From assembly GCA_016873835.1 (NCBI GenBank), contig VGVY01000004.1:10157-74156 (forward strand): a stretch of 64,000 bases of DNA, given 5' to 3'. Made by a program: the position numbers and the translations under genes. The DNA comes from Ignavibacteria bacterium (lineage in GTDB: Bacteria; Bacteroidota; Ignavibacteria; Ignavibacteriales; Melioribacteraceae). How positions within the stretch are numbered: the stretch's first letter is position 1; each line of letters opens with the position of its first letter. Shown one piece after another: positions 48,176 to 57,880 of the stretch. The notes below the pieces were generated by a model that saw nothing but the letters and a program-made list of their open reading frames with translations, was not told where the DNA came from and made no database searches.

Positions 48176-48892
48176 ATGAAAACTATAGTTATCATTCCAA
48201 CTTATAATGAACTGCATAATATTCAAAAATTAATTCCTGAAATTTTGGAATTATATCCAGAAATTAACATACTGGTAGTTGATGATAACTCACCAGATGG
48301 AACTGCAGATTTTGTAACACAATTCGGAAATAGAGATAAACGAGTTATTTGCTTAAAACGTGAAAAGAAAATGGGTTTAGGTACAGCTTATGTTGCTGGG
48401 TTTAAATTTATGTTAGCAAATGGTTATGATGCAGCTATTCAGATGGATGCTGATTTTTCGCACGATCCAAAAGAAATTGAGAATTTTCAAAAGATTATCG
48501 ATATATACGATTTAGTAATCGGAAGCAGATATATTTATGGTGTTAGAGTTATTAACTGGCCAATTAGAAGACTTCTCTTAAGCTACTTTGCTAATTTATA
48601 CACACGCGTAATAACCGGCTTGCCTATTAAAGATGCAACCGGAGGTTTTAAATGTTTTCGTAAAGAGGTCTTGCAAGCAATTGATCTGGATAAAATTCAC
48701 TCGAATGGATATTCTTTTCAGATTGAAATGAATTTTATTACTTGGAAAAAGAATTTCAAATTAACTGAGATACCGATAACATTTATTGACCGTGTAAAAG
48801 GCACTTCAAAAATGTCTAAGAAAATTGTTAGAGAAGCTGTAACTATGGTTTGGAAGCTCCGTTTTAAAGGTATGCTGGGGAAATACAATTGA
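48176..48892 (+). CDS. Polyprenol-phosphate sugar synthase (DPM1/Ppm1-like GT2, soluble form)
   Basis: VIIPTYNELHNI, VVDDNSPDGT and QMDADFSHDP. Only 238 aa and lacks the C-terminal TM pair of GtrB/ArnC-type enzymes. Confidence 0.75.
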   Translation: MKTIVIIPTYNELHNIQKLIPEILELYPEINILVVDDNSPDGTADFVTQFGNRDKRVICLKREKKMGLGTAYVAGFKFMLANGYDAAIQMDADFSHDPKEIENFQKIIDIYDLVIGSRYIYGVRVINWPIRRLLLSYFANLYTRVITGLPIKDATGGFKCFRKEVLQAIDLDKIHSNGYSFQIEMNFITWKKNFKLTEIPITFIDRVKGTSKMSKKIVREAVTMVWKLRFKGMLGKYN

Positions 48893-50892
48893 TTCAATCT
48901 AAAATCGACATTTCCATAATTATTGTTAATTATAATGTAAAAGAGTTTGTACTTAATCTTCTTGAATCTCTTAAAAAAGCTGTTGTAAGTCTAAACACAG
49001 AAATAATTATAGTTGATAATGCATCCGACGATGGAAGTGTTGAAGTATTAAAAGACAAACATCCCGATATAAAACTTATTTCAAATAAAAAAAATGTTGG
49101 TTTCGGAGCTGCAAATAACCAAGCATTAGAAATTGCTGTCGGAAATTATTTTCTCTTAATAAATCCCGATGCAATCGTAAAAGAAAACACTCTAACTGAA
49201 ATGATTAGTTTTTTTGAATCAAATTCATTAGCTGGAATTGCTGGTTGCAAAGTACTTAATCCAGATGGGACATTGCAGCTCGCTTGTAGAAGAGGTTTCC
49301 CTGGCCCTTGGACTTCATTTACGAAGGTGATGGGACTCAGTAAATTATTTCCTAAAAGTAAATTATTTGCTAAGTATAATCTCACATATTTAAACGAAAA
49401 TGAAACCTATGAAGTAGACGCAGTGAGTGGTGCTTTTTTAATGCTTCGAAAAGAAGTTTATGAAAAAATTGGCGGATTTGACAAACAATTTTTTATGTAT
49501 GGCGAAGATCTTGATCTTTGTTATCGTGCACAAAGCGAAGGATTTAAAGTTTACTATGTTCATTCAACTGAAGTAATTCATTATAAAGGGGAAAGCACTA
49601 GAAGAAGCAAAATTGATGAGACAAAAATATTTTACGATGCCATGCATCTTTTTGTGAAAAAACATTTTTCAACTTCCTTAATAGTAGAATTGATTCTTCG
49701 CACTGCTATCATATTTAGAAAGTTCTTTACTTTCTTGAATGTTTTTAGATTATCTATTTCGGGAATCATACTTGATTTTCTATTTTTTAGTCTAGCAATT
49801 TTTTTAGCAGAAAAGTTTTACATCAATGAACATTGGGCTGGTTTTCCACAGTTTAGTTTGCCGTGGGTATACTTTGTTCCTTCTGTCATTCAAATAATAA
49901 TATCTTTGTTGTCTGGAGTTTATAAGAAAAATTCAATCTCAACTCTAACAAGTATTCTATCTTTATTTTATGGATTATTAATTTTATCAGCATCTACTTA
50001 CTTTTTCAAACAGTTCGCTTTCAGTCGTGCAGTTGTTCTATTAACATACCTTTTTGGTATTGTTTTTTTAATATGCTGGAGACTTCTTGCTAAGTTAATT
50101 TTTAAATATGGATTAATAAGCGGAACAAGAAAAGCAAAAACTTTAATTGTTGGGAGTACTAACCATACTTCAGAGCTCGCATTGAAACTAAAATCAAGTG
50201 TTTCAAATTTATATGATGTAATTGGATTCATTAGTTTATCAAGAAAGAATGTTGGAGAGACTATTAATGGTTATAAAGTAATTGGAGTTGCGGATAATAT
50301 TCTCAAAATAATCAAAGATCAAAAAGTTGACAAAATCATATTGTCTGCAAAAGAACTTTCTTATGATAAAATGTTTTCGATTGTTTCAGAGTGTCAAGGT
50401 TATAATGTCGAGTTTATGGTATCAGGAGAGGAATTAGATTATTTAGTTGGTAAATCATCAATCTCAATGCTTGATGATATTCCAATGTTAAAAGTTCAAT
50501 ACAACATCTCTGTAATATCAAATAGAATTACAAAAAAGATATTTGACTATTCTTTCAGTTTAATCTTAATTGTTTTTTTAATCTATCCATTCGTATATTT
50601 ATTTCACAAGATCACATCAAAAGAGAATTACATAATTAATTTTATTCTTGGACTTCCCAAAATTCTGAGGGGAGAAAAAAGTTTTGTTGGTCCATTAAAT
50701 AATTCTTACCATGGCGATCTGTTTGTAGGAAAAACTGGTTTAACTGGACTTTGGTTTGTCGAAAATATTTCTCATTCAGATTTTGATGAACTTAAAAAGA
50801 TTGATTTATTTTATGCAAAGAACCAAAATATTTGGTTTGATCTTGAAATTTTAGGAAGAACATTTTCCAAAATGTTTATTAGAACGGAGTAA
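48889..50892 (+). CDS. Fusion protein: N-terminal GT2 domain plus WbaP-like membrane/Rossmann scaffold with degenerate sugar-transferase domain
   Basis: TTG start overlapping the upstream TGA (TTGA). Contains the GT-A motifs [20 protein letters not shown] and GEDLDLCYR, then TM helices, then [10 protein letters not shown]...VIGFIS, then [20 protein letters not shown]...[10 protein letters not shown]...GLTGLWFV...[18 protein letters not shown]. Confidence 0.7.
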   Translation: MIQSKIDISIIIVNYNVKEFVLNLLESLKKAVVSLNTEIIIVDNASDDGSVEVLKDKHPDIKLISNKKNVGFGAANNQALEIAVGNYFLLINPDAIVKENTLTEMISFFESNSLAGIAGCKVLNPDGTLQLACRRGFPGPWTSFTKVMGLSKLFPKSKLFAKYNLTYLNENETYEVDAVSGAFLMLRKEVYEKIGGFDKQFFMYGEDLDLCYRAQSEGFKVYYVHSTEVIHYKGESTRRSKIDETKIFYDAMHLFVKKHFSTSLIVELILRTAIIFRKFFTFLNVFRLSISGIILDFLFFSLAIFLAEKFYINEHWAGFPQFSLPWVYFVPSVIQIIISLLSGVYKKNSISTLTSILSLFYGLLILSASTYFFKQFAFSRAVVLLTYLFGIVFLICWRLLAKLIFKYGLISGTRKAKTLIVGSTNHTSELALKLKSSVSNLYDVIGFISLSRKNVGETINGYKVIGVADNILKIIKDQKVDKIILSAKELSYDKMFSIVSECQGYNVEFMVSGEELDYLVGKSSISMLDDIPMLKVQYNISVISNRITKKIFDYSFSLILIVFLIYPFVYLFHKITSKENYIINFILGLPKILRGEKSFVGPLNNSYHGDLFVGKTGLTGLWFVENISHSDFDELKKIDLFYAKNQNIWFDLEILGRTFSKMFIRTE

Positions 50893-50894
50893 AC

Positions 50895-51845
50895 ATGGCA
50901 AAAAATGTATTGGATTTTGAAAAACCGATTGTAGATCTCGAAAATAAAATTGACGAGATGCGGAAATATGAAGGACATCTCGACATTGCTGACGAAATTA
51001 AAGTACTAGAAGAAAAAGTAAATCAGCTTAAATACAATATCTATGAAAATTTAACTCGTTGGCAAAAAGTTCAACTTGCACGTCATCCCGAGCGTCCTTA
51101 TACACTCGATTATATTTATATGATTACAGAAAATTTTATTGAGCTTCATGGTGATCGATTATTTAAGGATGACCATGCGATTGTAGGAGGACTCGCAAAA
51201 ATTGATTATGCAAAAGTAATGATAATCGGTCATCAAAAAGGGAGAGATACCAAATCTAACTTATTCAGAAATTTTGGGATGCCAAATCCAGAAGGATACA
51301 GAAAAGCTCTTCGATTAATGAAGCTTGCAGAAAAATTTAACATCCCGGTTTTTACAATGCTGGATACTCCAGGGGCATATCCAGGTTTAGAAGCAGAAGA
51401 ACGTGGGCAAGCAGAAGCCATCGCAAAAAATCTATTAGAGATGAGCCGGCTTAAGGTTCCTATCATTATAACTATAATTGGTGAAGGTGCAAGCGGAGGC
51501 GCGTTAGGAATTGGCATTGGTGATCGCGTTTTAATGTTGCAAAACACTTGGTATTCTGTGATCAGTCCGGAATCATGTTCCAGTATTTTATGGAGAAGTT
51601 GGGACTATAAAGAACAAGCTGCTGAATCATTAAAACTAACAGCAGAAGATTTATTAGAACAAGGAATTATTGATAGAATTATTCCCGAGCCTCTTGGCGG
51701 AGCTCATAAAGATCATCACTTAATGGCTGACACATTAAAAAAAGTACTTTTGGAAGAATTAAATTCTCTTAGAAAGATAAAACCGGAAAAACTTGTACAA
51801 AACCGGTTAGAAAAATTCGGGAAGATGGGAGTTTATGTAGATTAA
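50895..51845 (+). CDS. accA: Acetyl-CoA carboxylase carboxyltransferase alpha subunit
   Basis: [33 protein letters not shown] and [10 protein letters not shown]. Confidence 0.95.
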   Translation: MAKNVLDFEKPIVDLENKIDEMRKYEGHLDIADEIKVLEEKVNQLKYNIYENLTRWQKVQLARHPERPYTLDYIYMITENFIELHGDRLFKDDHAIVGGLAKIDYAKVMIIGHQKGRDTKSNLFRNFGMPNPEGYRKALRLMKLAEKFNIPVFTMLDTPGAYPGLEAEERGQAEAIAKNLLEMSRLKVPIIITIIGEGASGGALGIGIGDRVLMLQNTWYSVISPESCSSILWRSWDYKEQAAESLKLTAEDLLEQGIIDRIIPEPLGGAHKDHHLMADTLKKVLLEELNSLRKIKPEKLVQNRLEKFGKMGVYVD

Positions 51846-51860
51846 TTATTCGGAGATAAA

Positions 51861-52271
51861 ATGATTTCTCATTCTACTGAGATACGTGTTAGATATGCTG
51901 ACACTGATAAAATGCAGTTTGTATATAATGGTAAATATCTTGAGTATTTTGAAGTAGGAAGAACAGAACTTTTAAGATCGCTCAACTTGCCATACAGTGA
52001 AGTAGAAAAATCTGGATATCAACTTCCTTTACTAGAAGCAAATTTAAAATTTATTTCCGCCGCAGTTTATGACGATATAATAATTGTTACAGCAAAAGTG
52101 ACAGTACTTTATTCTCCAAAAGTGCTTATTAACTATACTATTAAACGAAAAGAAACAGAAGAATTAATTGCCGAAGGTTCAACAACTCATATATTTATTA
52201 ATTCTCAGACAAAAAAAGCAGTTAGACCGCCAAAGATTTACATCGATACCTTAGCTCCATTTTTTAAGTGA
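51861..52271 (+). CDS. Acyl-CoA thioesterase (4HBT/YbgC-like hotdog fold)
   Basis: 136 aa with the N-terminal IRVRYADTDKMQFVYNGKYLEYFE motif typical of YbgC-type thioesterases. Confidence 0.8.
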   Translation: MISHSTEIRVRYADTDKMQFVYNGKYLEYFEVGRTELLRSLNLPYSEVEKSGYQLPLLEANLKFISAAVYDDIIIVTAKVTVLYSPKVLINYTIKRKETEELIAEGSTTHIFINSQTKKAVRPPKIYIDTLAPFFK

Positions 52272-52317
52272 AGCTATTAAATACTGAATTGAGAAATTTT
52301 TGTTTCAATAATTTTTT

Positions 52318-53784
52318 ATGATTGAAAAAATTAAAGAACTTACTAAAGACACTGTTATATACGGAATAAGTACAATTGTTGGAAGGTTCCTCAATTTTCT
52401 GCTTGTTCCAATATATACAAATTTTATTTCTACAAGCGACTTCGGTGTCTTCTCCAATATTTACGCATACATAGCTATCCTTACTATCATATTTATTTAT
52501 GGAATGGACGCAGCATTTTTAAAGTACTCTTCGCTTGCAGAAGAATCAAAAAAGAAAGATTCATTTTCAACACCATTTGTTTTTGTGATGCTGACAACTA
52601 TTATAATTGTTGCTGTGTTGAGTATTCTTAAAAGTTCTTTTTTAACTTTGATGCGAGTACCAAGCGATTATTCTTATCTTTATTTATATTTTATACTAAT
52701 TCTTGCATTTGATGCTACTGCATTAATTCCATTTGCAAGTCTTCGTTTGAAAAGGAAAGCTGCAAAGTTTACTTCGATAAAATTGATTAACATATTTATT
52801 AACCTTTCATTGAATCTAATTTTAATAGTTGTTTATAATTTCGGAATCGAAGCAATATTTATAAGCAATTTGGCAGCATCAGTATTTTCTTTTCTTGCTC
52901 TGCTACCGGAAATATTTTCGAATCTAAAATTGAAAATCGATTTTGTTCTTTTAAAAAGAATGTTATGGTTTGGGATACCATACTTGCCGGCATCAATTGC
53001 TGCAATGCTAGTTCAAGTAATTGATAGACCAATCGTACTAACACTGACAGATGCTTCAACTTTAGGAATCTATCAGGCAAATTATAAGCTTGGAATATTT
53101 ATGATGTTGTTTGTTTCAATGTTTCAGTATGCATGGCAGCCATTCTTTTTAACTAATGCAAAAGAAAAAAATGCCAAAGAAATTTTTTCAAAAATATTAA
53201 CATTATTTCTTTTAGCAGCAACTTTCATTTGGATTGTGCTTACACTATTTGTTGAGGACTTAGCCAAGTTTGAATTTTTACCAGGCAAAACAATAATTGG
53301 ACGAGAATATTTAAGTGGATTGATAATTGTACCCATAATTCTTCTTGGTTATTTATTCCATGGATTGTATGTAAACTTTACTGCTGGAATTTACATTGAA
53401 GAAAAAACAAAATACTTTCCAATGGTTACCGGTTCTGGAGCGGTGATAAATGTTGTAGTAAATTTCTTATTAATTCCAATTATTGGAATAATTGGCGCAG
53501 CACTGGCAACTCTTTTTAGTTATGTGGTAATGTCAGGTGGCTTGTTTTATGTATCGCAAAGATTTTATGAAATTAAATACGAATACAAAAAGATCGGAAA
53601 GATTTTGTTTCTAATACTAATTAGTGCATCATTCTATTATTACTTGATCTATTCAATTGAATTTATTTTTATATATAAGATATTCTTCTTAGTCGGATTT
53701 ATTTCATTAATGTTTCTTCTGAACATCTTAAAAATGAATGAAGTTATTTTTTTAATAAAACTATTATTAAAAAGAAAGAATTAA
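52318..53784 (+). CDS. MOP-superfamily flippase-like membrane protein 3
   Basis: 488 aa and polytopic, with a Wzx/SpoVB-like N-terminus KDTVIYGISTIVGRFLNFLLVPIYTNFISTSDFG. Confidence 0.65.
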   Translation: MIEKIKELTKDTVIYGISTIVGRFLNFLLVPIYTNFISTSDFGVFSNIYAYIAILTIIFIYGMDAAFLKYSSLAEESKKKDSFSTPFVFVMLTTIIIVAVLSILKSSFLTLMRVPSDYSYLYLYFILILAFDATALIPFASLRLKRKAAKFTSIKLINIFINLSLNLILIVVYNFGIEAIFISNLAASVFSFLALLPEIFSNLKLKIDFVLLKRMLWFGIPYLPASIAAMLVQVIDRPIVLTLTDASTLGIYQANYKLGIFMMLFVSMFQYAWQPFFLTNAKEKNAKEIFSKILTLFLLAATFIWIVLTLFVEDLAKFEFLPGKTIIGREYLSGLIIVPIILLGYLFHGLYVNFTAGIYIEEKTKYFPMVTGSGAVINVVVNFLLIPIIGIIGAALATLFSYVVMSGGLFYVSQRFYEIKYEYKKIGKILFLILISASFYYYLIYSIEFIFIYKIFFLVGFISLMFLLNILKMNEVIFLIKLLLKRKN

Positions 53785-53791
53785 TACGGTA

Positions 53792-54247
53792 ATGGATTCT
53801 GTAAAAATTAAAATTCAGAGAATCTCACATTTGTTTGATGATATCCCACTTCCAGAATACTCAACTAGTGGAAGCAGCGGACTTGATGTACGTGCTGCAG
53901 TTGAAAGTGATTTGATAATTGAAAAAAGCAAAGTTGAACTTGTTCCTACAAATTTAAAAATTGAAATTCCATTTGGGTATGAAGTTCAAGTAAGACCAAG
54001 AAGCGGGTTAGCATCCAAATACGGAATTGGAATTCTAAATTCTCCGGGAACAATTGATTCTGATTATCGAGGAGAAATCAAGGTGATTATGTTCAATTTT
54101 GGGAAAGAGGATTTTCTTATTAAACGCGGTGATAGAATTGCACAGTTAGTTTTATCAAAGGTTTATAAAGCAGTATTAGAAGAATCAAAAGATTTAAATG
54201 ACAGCGACCGAGGAGAAGGCGGCTTCGGTCATACTGGTACTAAATAA
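53792..54247 (+). CDS. dut: dUTP diphosphatase
   Basis: Motifs GSSGLDVRA, RPRSGLA, GTIDSDYRGE and the C-terminal RGEGGFGHTG. Confidence 0.95.
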   Translation: MDSVKIKIQRISHLFDDIPLPEYSTSGSSGLDVRAAVESDLIIEKSKVELVPTNLKIEIPFGYEVQVRPRSGLASKYGIGILNSPGTIDSDYRGEIKVIMFNFGKEDFLIKRGDRIAQLVLSKVYKAVLEESKDLNDSDRGEGGFGHTGTK

Positions 54248-54347
54248 TTTTTCTATTGCAGTCAATCTTAATTTGCAAATACATTTTGCTTGTCTCGTTT
54301 ACCCAAGTTTGTATGAGACAATTCTCATTTAATAAATAGGTTTTTTA

Positions 54348-57300
54348 ATGTCAGATTTTATTCACCTCCATAATCACTCGCATTATAGCTTACAAGATGG
54401 TGCTTGCACCGTTGAAGATTTGATTCTCTCGGCAAAGAAAAACAACATGCATGCCGTCGCTTTAACCGATCATGGTGTAATGTTTGGAGTTTCAGAGTTT
54501 TATAAAAAGGCAAAGAAAGAAGGAATTAAACCAATCATTGGAATGGAAGCTTATATCGTAATTGATAAAAGCAGATTTGATAAAAGCGGTGAATATGGAA
54601 ACGGAATTAAAAAAACTAAACCTTATAATCATTTATTATTGCTTGCAAAAAATAAAATTGGATATAGAAATTTAATTAAGCTGACAACCATTGGTCATCT
54701 TGAAGGATTTTATTATAGACCGCGGATTGATTTAGAAATTCTTAAGAAATATAATGATGGATTAATTTGCACAACAGCTTGTCCAGCCGGTCCGGTTTCA
54801 GTTCATCTTCGTAATGATGATTACATTAAAGCAAGAGAAACGGCAATTAAACTAAAGGAAATTTTTGGAGATGATTTTTATCTTGAAATTCAAGACCATG
54901 GAATGGAAGTAGAGCAATCAATTCTTAATGGAATGCCGAAACTTGCTAAAGATATCGGTGCAAAGTTGGTCGCAACTAATGATATTCATTACATTGAAAA
55001 AGATCATTCTATTGCACATAATATTTTAATTTCACTTGGCGATAAAACCGGAAGCGTTGATTACAAAGAACTTCGTTACGGAACGGATGAAATTTATTTC
55101 AAATCTGTTGATGAAATGAAAAGTCTATTTAAAAATTATAAAGGAGCTATTGAAAATACACTTGAGATAGATGAAAAAATAAATCTTGAACTCAATTTTG
55201 CTGATTATCACTTCCCAATATTTCCAATTCCGAAGGATTCAAAAACAGATTCATTGGAAGAATATTTACATCATCTTTCGTATGAACGGCTTGATAGAAA
55301 ATTCAAACAGATTACACCTGAAATTGAAGACCGTTTTAAGTACGAATTAAAAGTTATAAATGATATGGGTTACGCTGGTTATTTTTTGATTGTTCAAGAT
55401 TTTATAAATGCTTCAAAAAAAATGGGAATACCAGTTGGACCGGGAAGAGGTTCTGTCGCCGGAAGTTTAGTTGCATATGTTTTAGGCATCACAAATGTTA
55501 ATCCGCTTGAGTATAATTTATTATTTGAAAGATTTTTAAATCCAGCGCGAAAATCGATGCCTGATATTGATGTTGACTTTGCTGATGACAAACGAGAGGA
55601 TGTAATTAATTATGTTAAAGAAAAATATGGAGAAAATTCTGTTGCCCAGATAATTACATTCAATAGACTTTCATCAAAACAAGTAATTAGAGATGTTGCA
55701 CGCGTTTTGAAAATTCCGATTCCACAAGTAGATAATATTACAAAATGGATTCCATCAAAATTTGGAAGAGTTTTTACCATTGATCAAGCCTTAGCTGAAG
55801 TAAAAGAACTTGAATGGTTAAAGAAGACTGATGATGAAAATATGAAAGAGCTCTTAAAGTATGCAAGAATACTTGAAGGGATGAATAGAAATGCTTCAAA
55901 GCATGCTGCTGGTGTTGTGATAACCCCGGGTGAAGTAAGCGACTTGGTTCCCTTAGCAACATATGGTGATGATGGAACAATCGTTACTCAATTCAATATG
56001 AAAGATTTAGAAGATGCCGGTTTATTAAAAATGGATTTTCTTGGACTGGATACTCTTTCAGTTATAAGGGATACAATTGATTTAGTTAAACAGAATTATG
56101 GCGAAGAAATTAATATTGATGAAATTCCAACGGACGATAAACGGACTTATGAATTATTTGGAAGAGGACAGACAACTGCGGTATTTCAATTTGAATCTCC
56201 ACCAATGCGAGAATATTTGAAAAAATTAAAACCATCTAGTATTACAGACCTAGCAGCGATGAATGCTCTTTATAGACCTGGTCCAATGGAGTCGATAGAT
56301 GATTTTATTTCATGTAAGAATGGTAAAAAGCAGATAAAATATTTACATCCAATTTTGGAAAACATATTAAAAGAAACATATGGATTTATTGTATATCAAG
56401 AACAAGTAATTCAAATAGCAAACAGAGTTGCTGGATTAAGTTTAGCTGATGCTGATTTACTTCGCAGAGCTATGGGTAAAAAAGATTTGGAAGCAATGAA
56501 GCAGCAGCGTCAAAAATTTATTGAAGGTGCTGAAAAAAATAATATAACAAAACGGATTGCAGAATCAATTTTCGAGACTATTGATAAATTTGCCAACTAT
56601 GGTTTTAATAAATCGCATGCTGTAGCTTATAGTATTGTAGCTTATCAAACTGCTTATTTAAAAGCTCATTATCTTGAAGAATTTCTAGCTGCAAATCTTA
56701 CAAACAAATATGATAATACAGATAAAGTAACTTCTCTGCTGGAAGATTGCAGAAAACTCGGAGTAAAAGTACAGCCGCCCGATGTAAATCATCCGACTGT
56801 CTATTTCAAAGTAAAGAATGGTGAAATTATTTTTGGAATGGCTGCAATTAAAAATGTTGGCGTTCAAGCAGTTGAAGAAATTAAAAGAGCTCACTCTGAA
56901 CTCGGAAAAGACTTTAATAGCATTTATGATTTTTGTGCTCATGTAGATACTAGAATAGTAAATAAAAGAGCAATGGAAGGACTTGTTCTTGCCGGCGCAT
57001 TCGATTCACTTGGCGGAACTAGAGCACAATATTTTTCGGTTATAGAAGATGCATTGAATATTGGTAATAAAATAAAATCTGCTAAAGAATCTCATGCGGA
57101 AAGTCTATTTGGTGAAAAAACAGAATCAATTGAATATGTTGAACCCCAGCTTCCAGATATTAAACAGTGGGAAGATAAGGAAAGACTGGCGCAAGAAAGA
57201 AAAGTATTGGGATTTTATTTGAGTAATCATCCGCTAAGAAAATTTGAAACCGAATATAATTCATTTGCAACAGTGCACCTTGGGGAACCTTCAACTTATC

Positions 57301-57803
57301 GGTTTAATGAAATTGTAAGAGCTTGCGGAGTTGTAACAGATTTTTCTGCAAAGACTGATAGAGCTGGAAGACAAATGGCATTTTTTAAATTGGATGATTT
57401 CAATGGCTCTTGCGACTGCATAATGTTTTCAAAAGCATTCAAAGAGTTTGGAGAATTAATTCAACCTGAATCTACAATAATGATAAAAGGGAAATTAGAA
57501 AGCAGCGGCGATACTATTAAGCTGCATGTTGATGAAGCAGTCTCTTTAGAAGAAGTTAAAAATAAATTAACTAAACGACTTGGAATTATGTTAGACTCTT
57601 CTCAACATGATGAATATGTAATAGCTCACATACAAACAATGATTGAAGAAAATCCCGGTAATATTCCAGTAATTATTTCTGTTAAAGAAAATGGAAACAC
57701 TCGTGAATTTGCCATTGATTTCTCAGTGAATTTATCTAATAACTTTGTTGATAGTCTTAAAAAACTTTTAGGAGATGATTCTCTAATTTTTTTAACAAGT
57801 TGA
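54348..57803 (+). CDS. dnaE: DNA polymerase III alpha subunit
   Basis: 1151 aa with the PHP domain start FIHLHNHSHYSLQDG, PDIDVDF, GLLKMDFLGL, the NKSHAVAY finger region and a C-terminal OB fold. Confidence 0.97.
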   Translation: MSDFIHLHNHSHYSLQDGACTVEDLILSAKKNNMHAVALTDHGVMFGVSEFYKKAKKEGIKPIIGMEAYIVIDKSRFDKSGEYGNGIKKTKPYNHLLLLAKNKIGYRNLIKLTTIGHLEGFYYRPRIDLEILKKYNDGLICTTACPAGPVSVHLRNDDYIKARETAIKLKEIFGDDFYLEIQDHGMEVEQSILNGMPKLAKDIGAKLVATNDIHYIEKDHSIAHNILISLGDKTGSVDYKELRYGTDEIYFKSVDEMKSLFKNYKGAIENTLEIDEKINLELNFADYHFPIFPIPKDSKTDSLEEYLHHLSYERLDRKFKQITPEIEDRFKYELKVINDMGYAGYFLIVQDFINASKKMGIPVGPGRGSVAGSLVAYVLGITNVNPLEYNLLFERFLNPARKSMPDIDVDFADDKREDVINYVKEKYGENSVAQIITFNRLSSKQVIRDVARVLKIPIPQVDNITKWIPSKFGRVFTIDQALAEVKELEWLKKTDDENMKELLKYARILEGMNRNASKHAAGVVITPGEVSDLVPLATYGDDGTIVTQFNMKDLEDAGLLKMDFLGLDTLSVIRDTIDLVKQNYGEEINIDEIPTDDKRTYELFGRGQTTAVFQFESPPMREYLKKLKPSSITDLAAMNALYRPGPMESIDDFISCKNGKKQIKYLHPILENILKETYGFIVYQEQVIQIANRVAGLSLADADLLRRAMGKKDLEAMKQQRQKFIEGAEKNNITKRIAESIFETIDKFANYGFNKSHAVAYSIVAYQTAYLKAHYLEEFLAANLTNKYDNTDKVTSLLEDCRKLGVKVQPPDVNHPTVYFKVKNGEIIFGMAAIKNVGVQAVEEIKRAHSELGKDFNSIYDFCAHVDTRIVNKRAMEGLVLAGAFDSLGGTRAQYFSVIEDALNIGNKIKSAKESHAESLFGEKTESIEYVEPQLPDIKQWEDKERLAQERKVLGFYLSNHPLRKFETEYNSFATVHLGEPSTYRFNEIVRACGVVTDFSAKTDRAGRQMAFFKLDDFNGSCDCIMFSKAFKEFGELIQPESTIMIKGKLESSGDTIKLHVDEAVSLEEVKNKLTKRLGIMLDSSQHDEYVIAHIQTMIEENPGNIPVIISVKENGNTREFAIDFSVNLSNNFVDSLKKLLGDDSLIFLTS

Positions 57804-57880
57804 CGCAATTAAATTACCAAGATTTGATTTCACAATCGTATTTCTTAAGTTTGTGCCACATTAACAAGGAAGGATAATAA

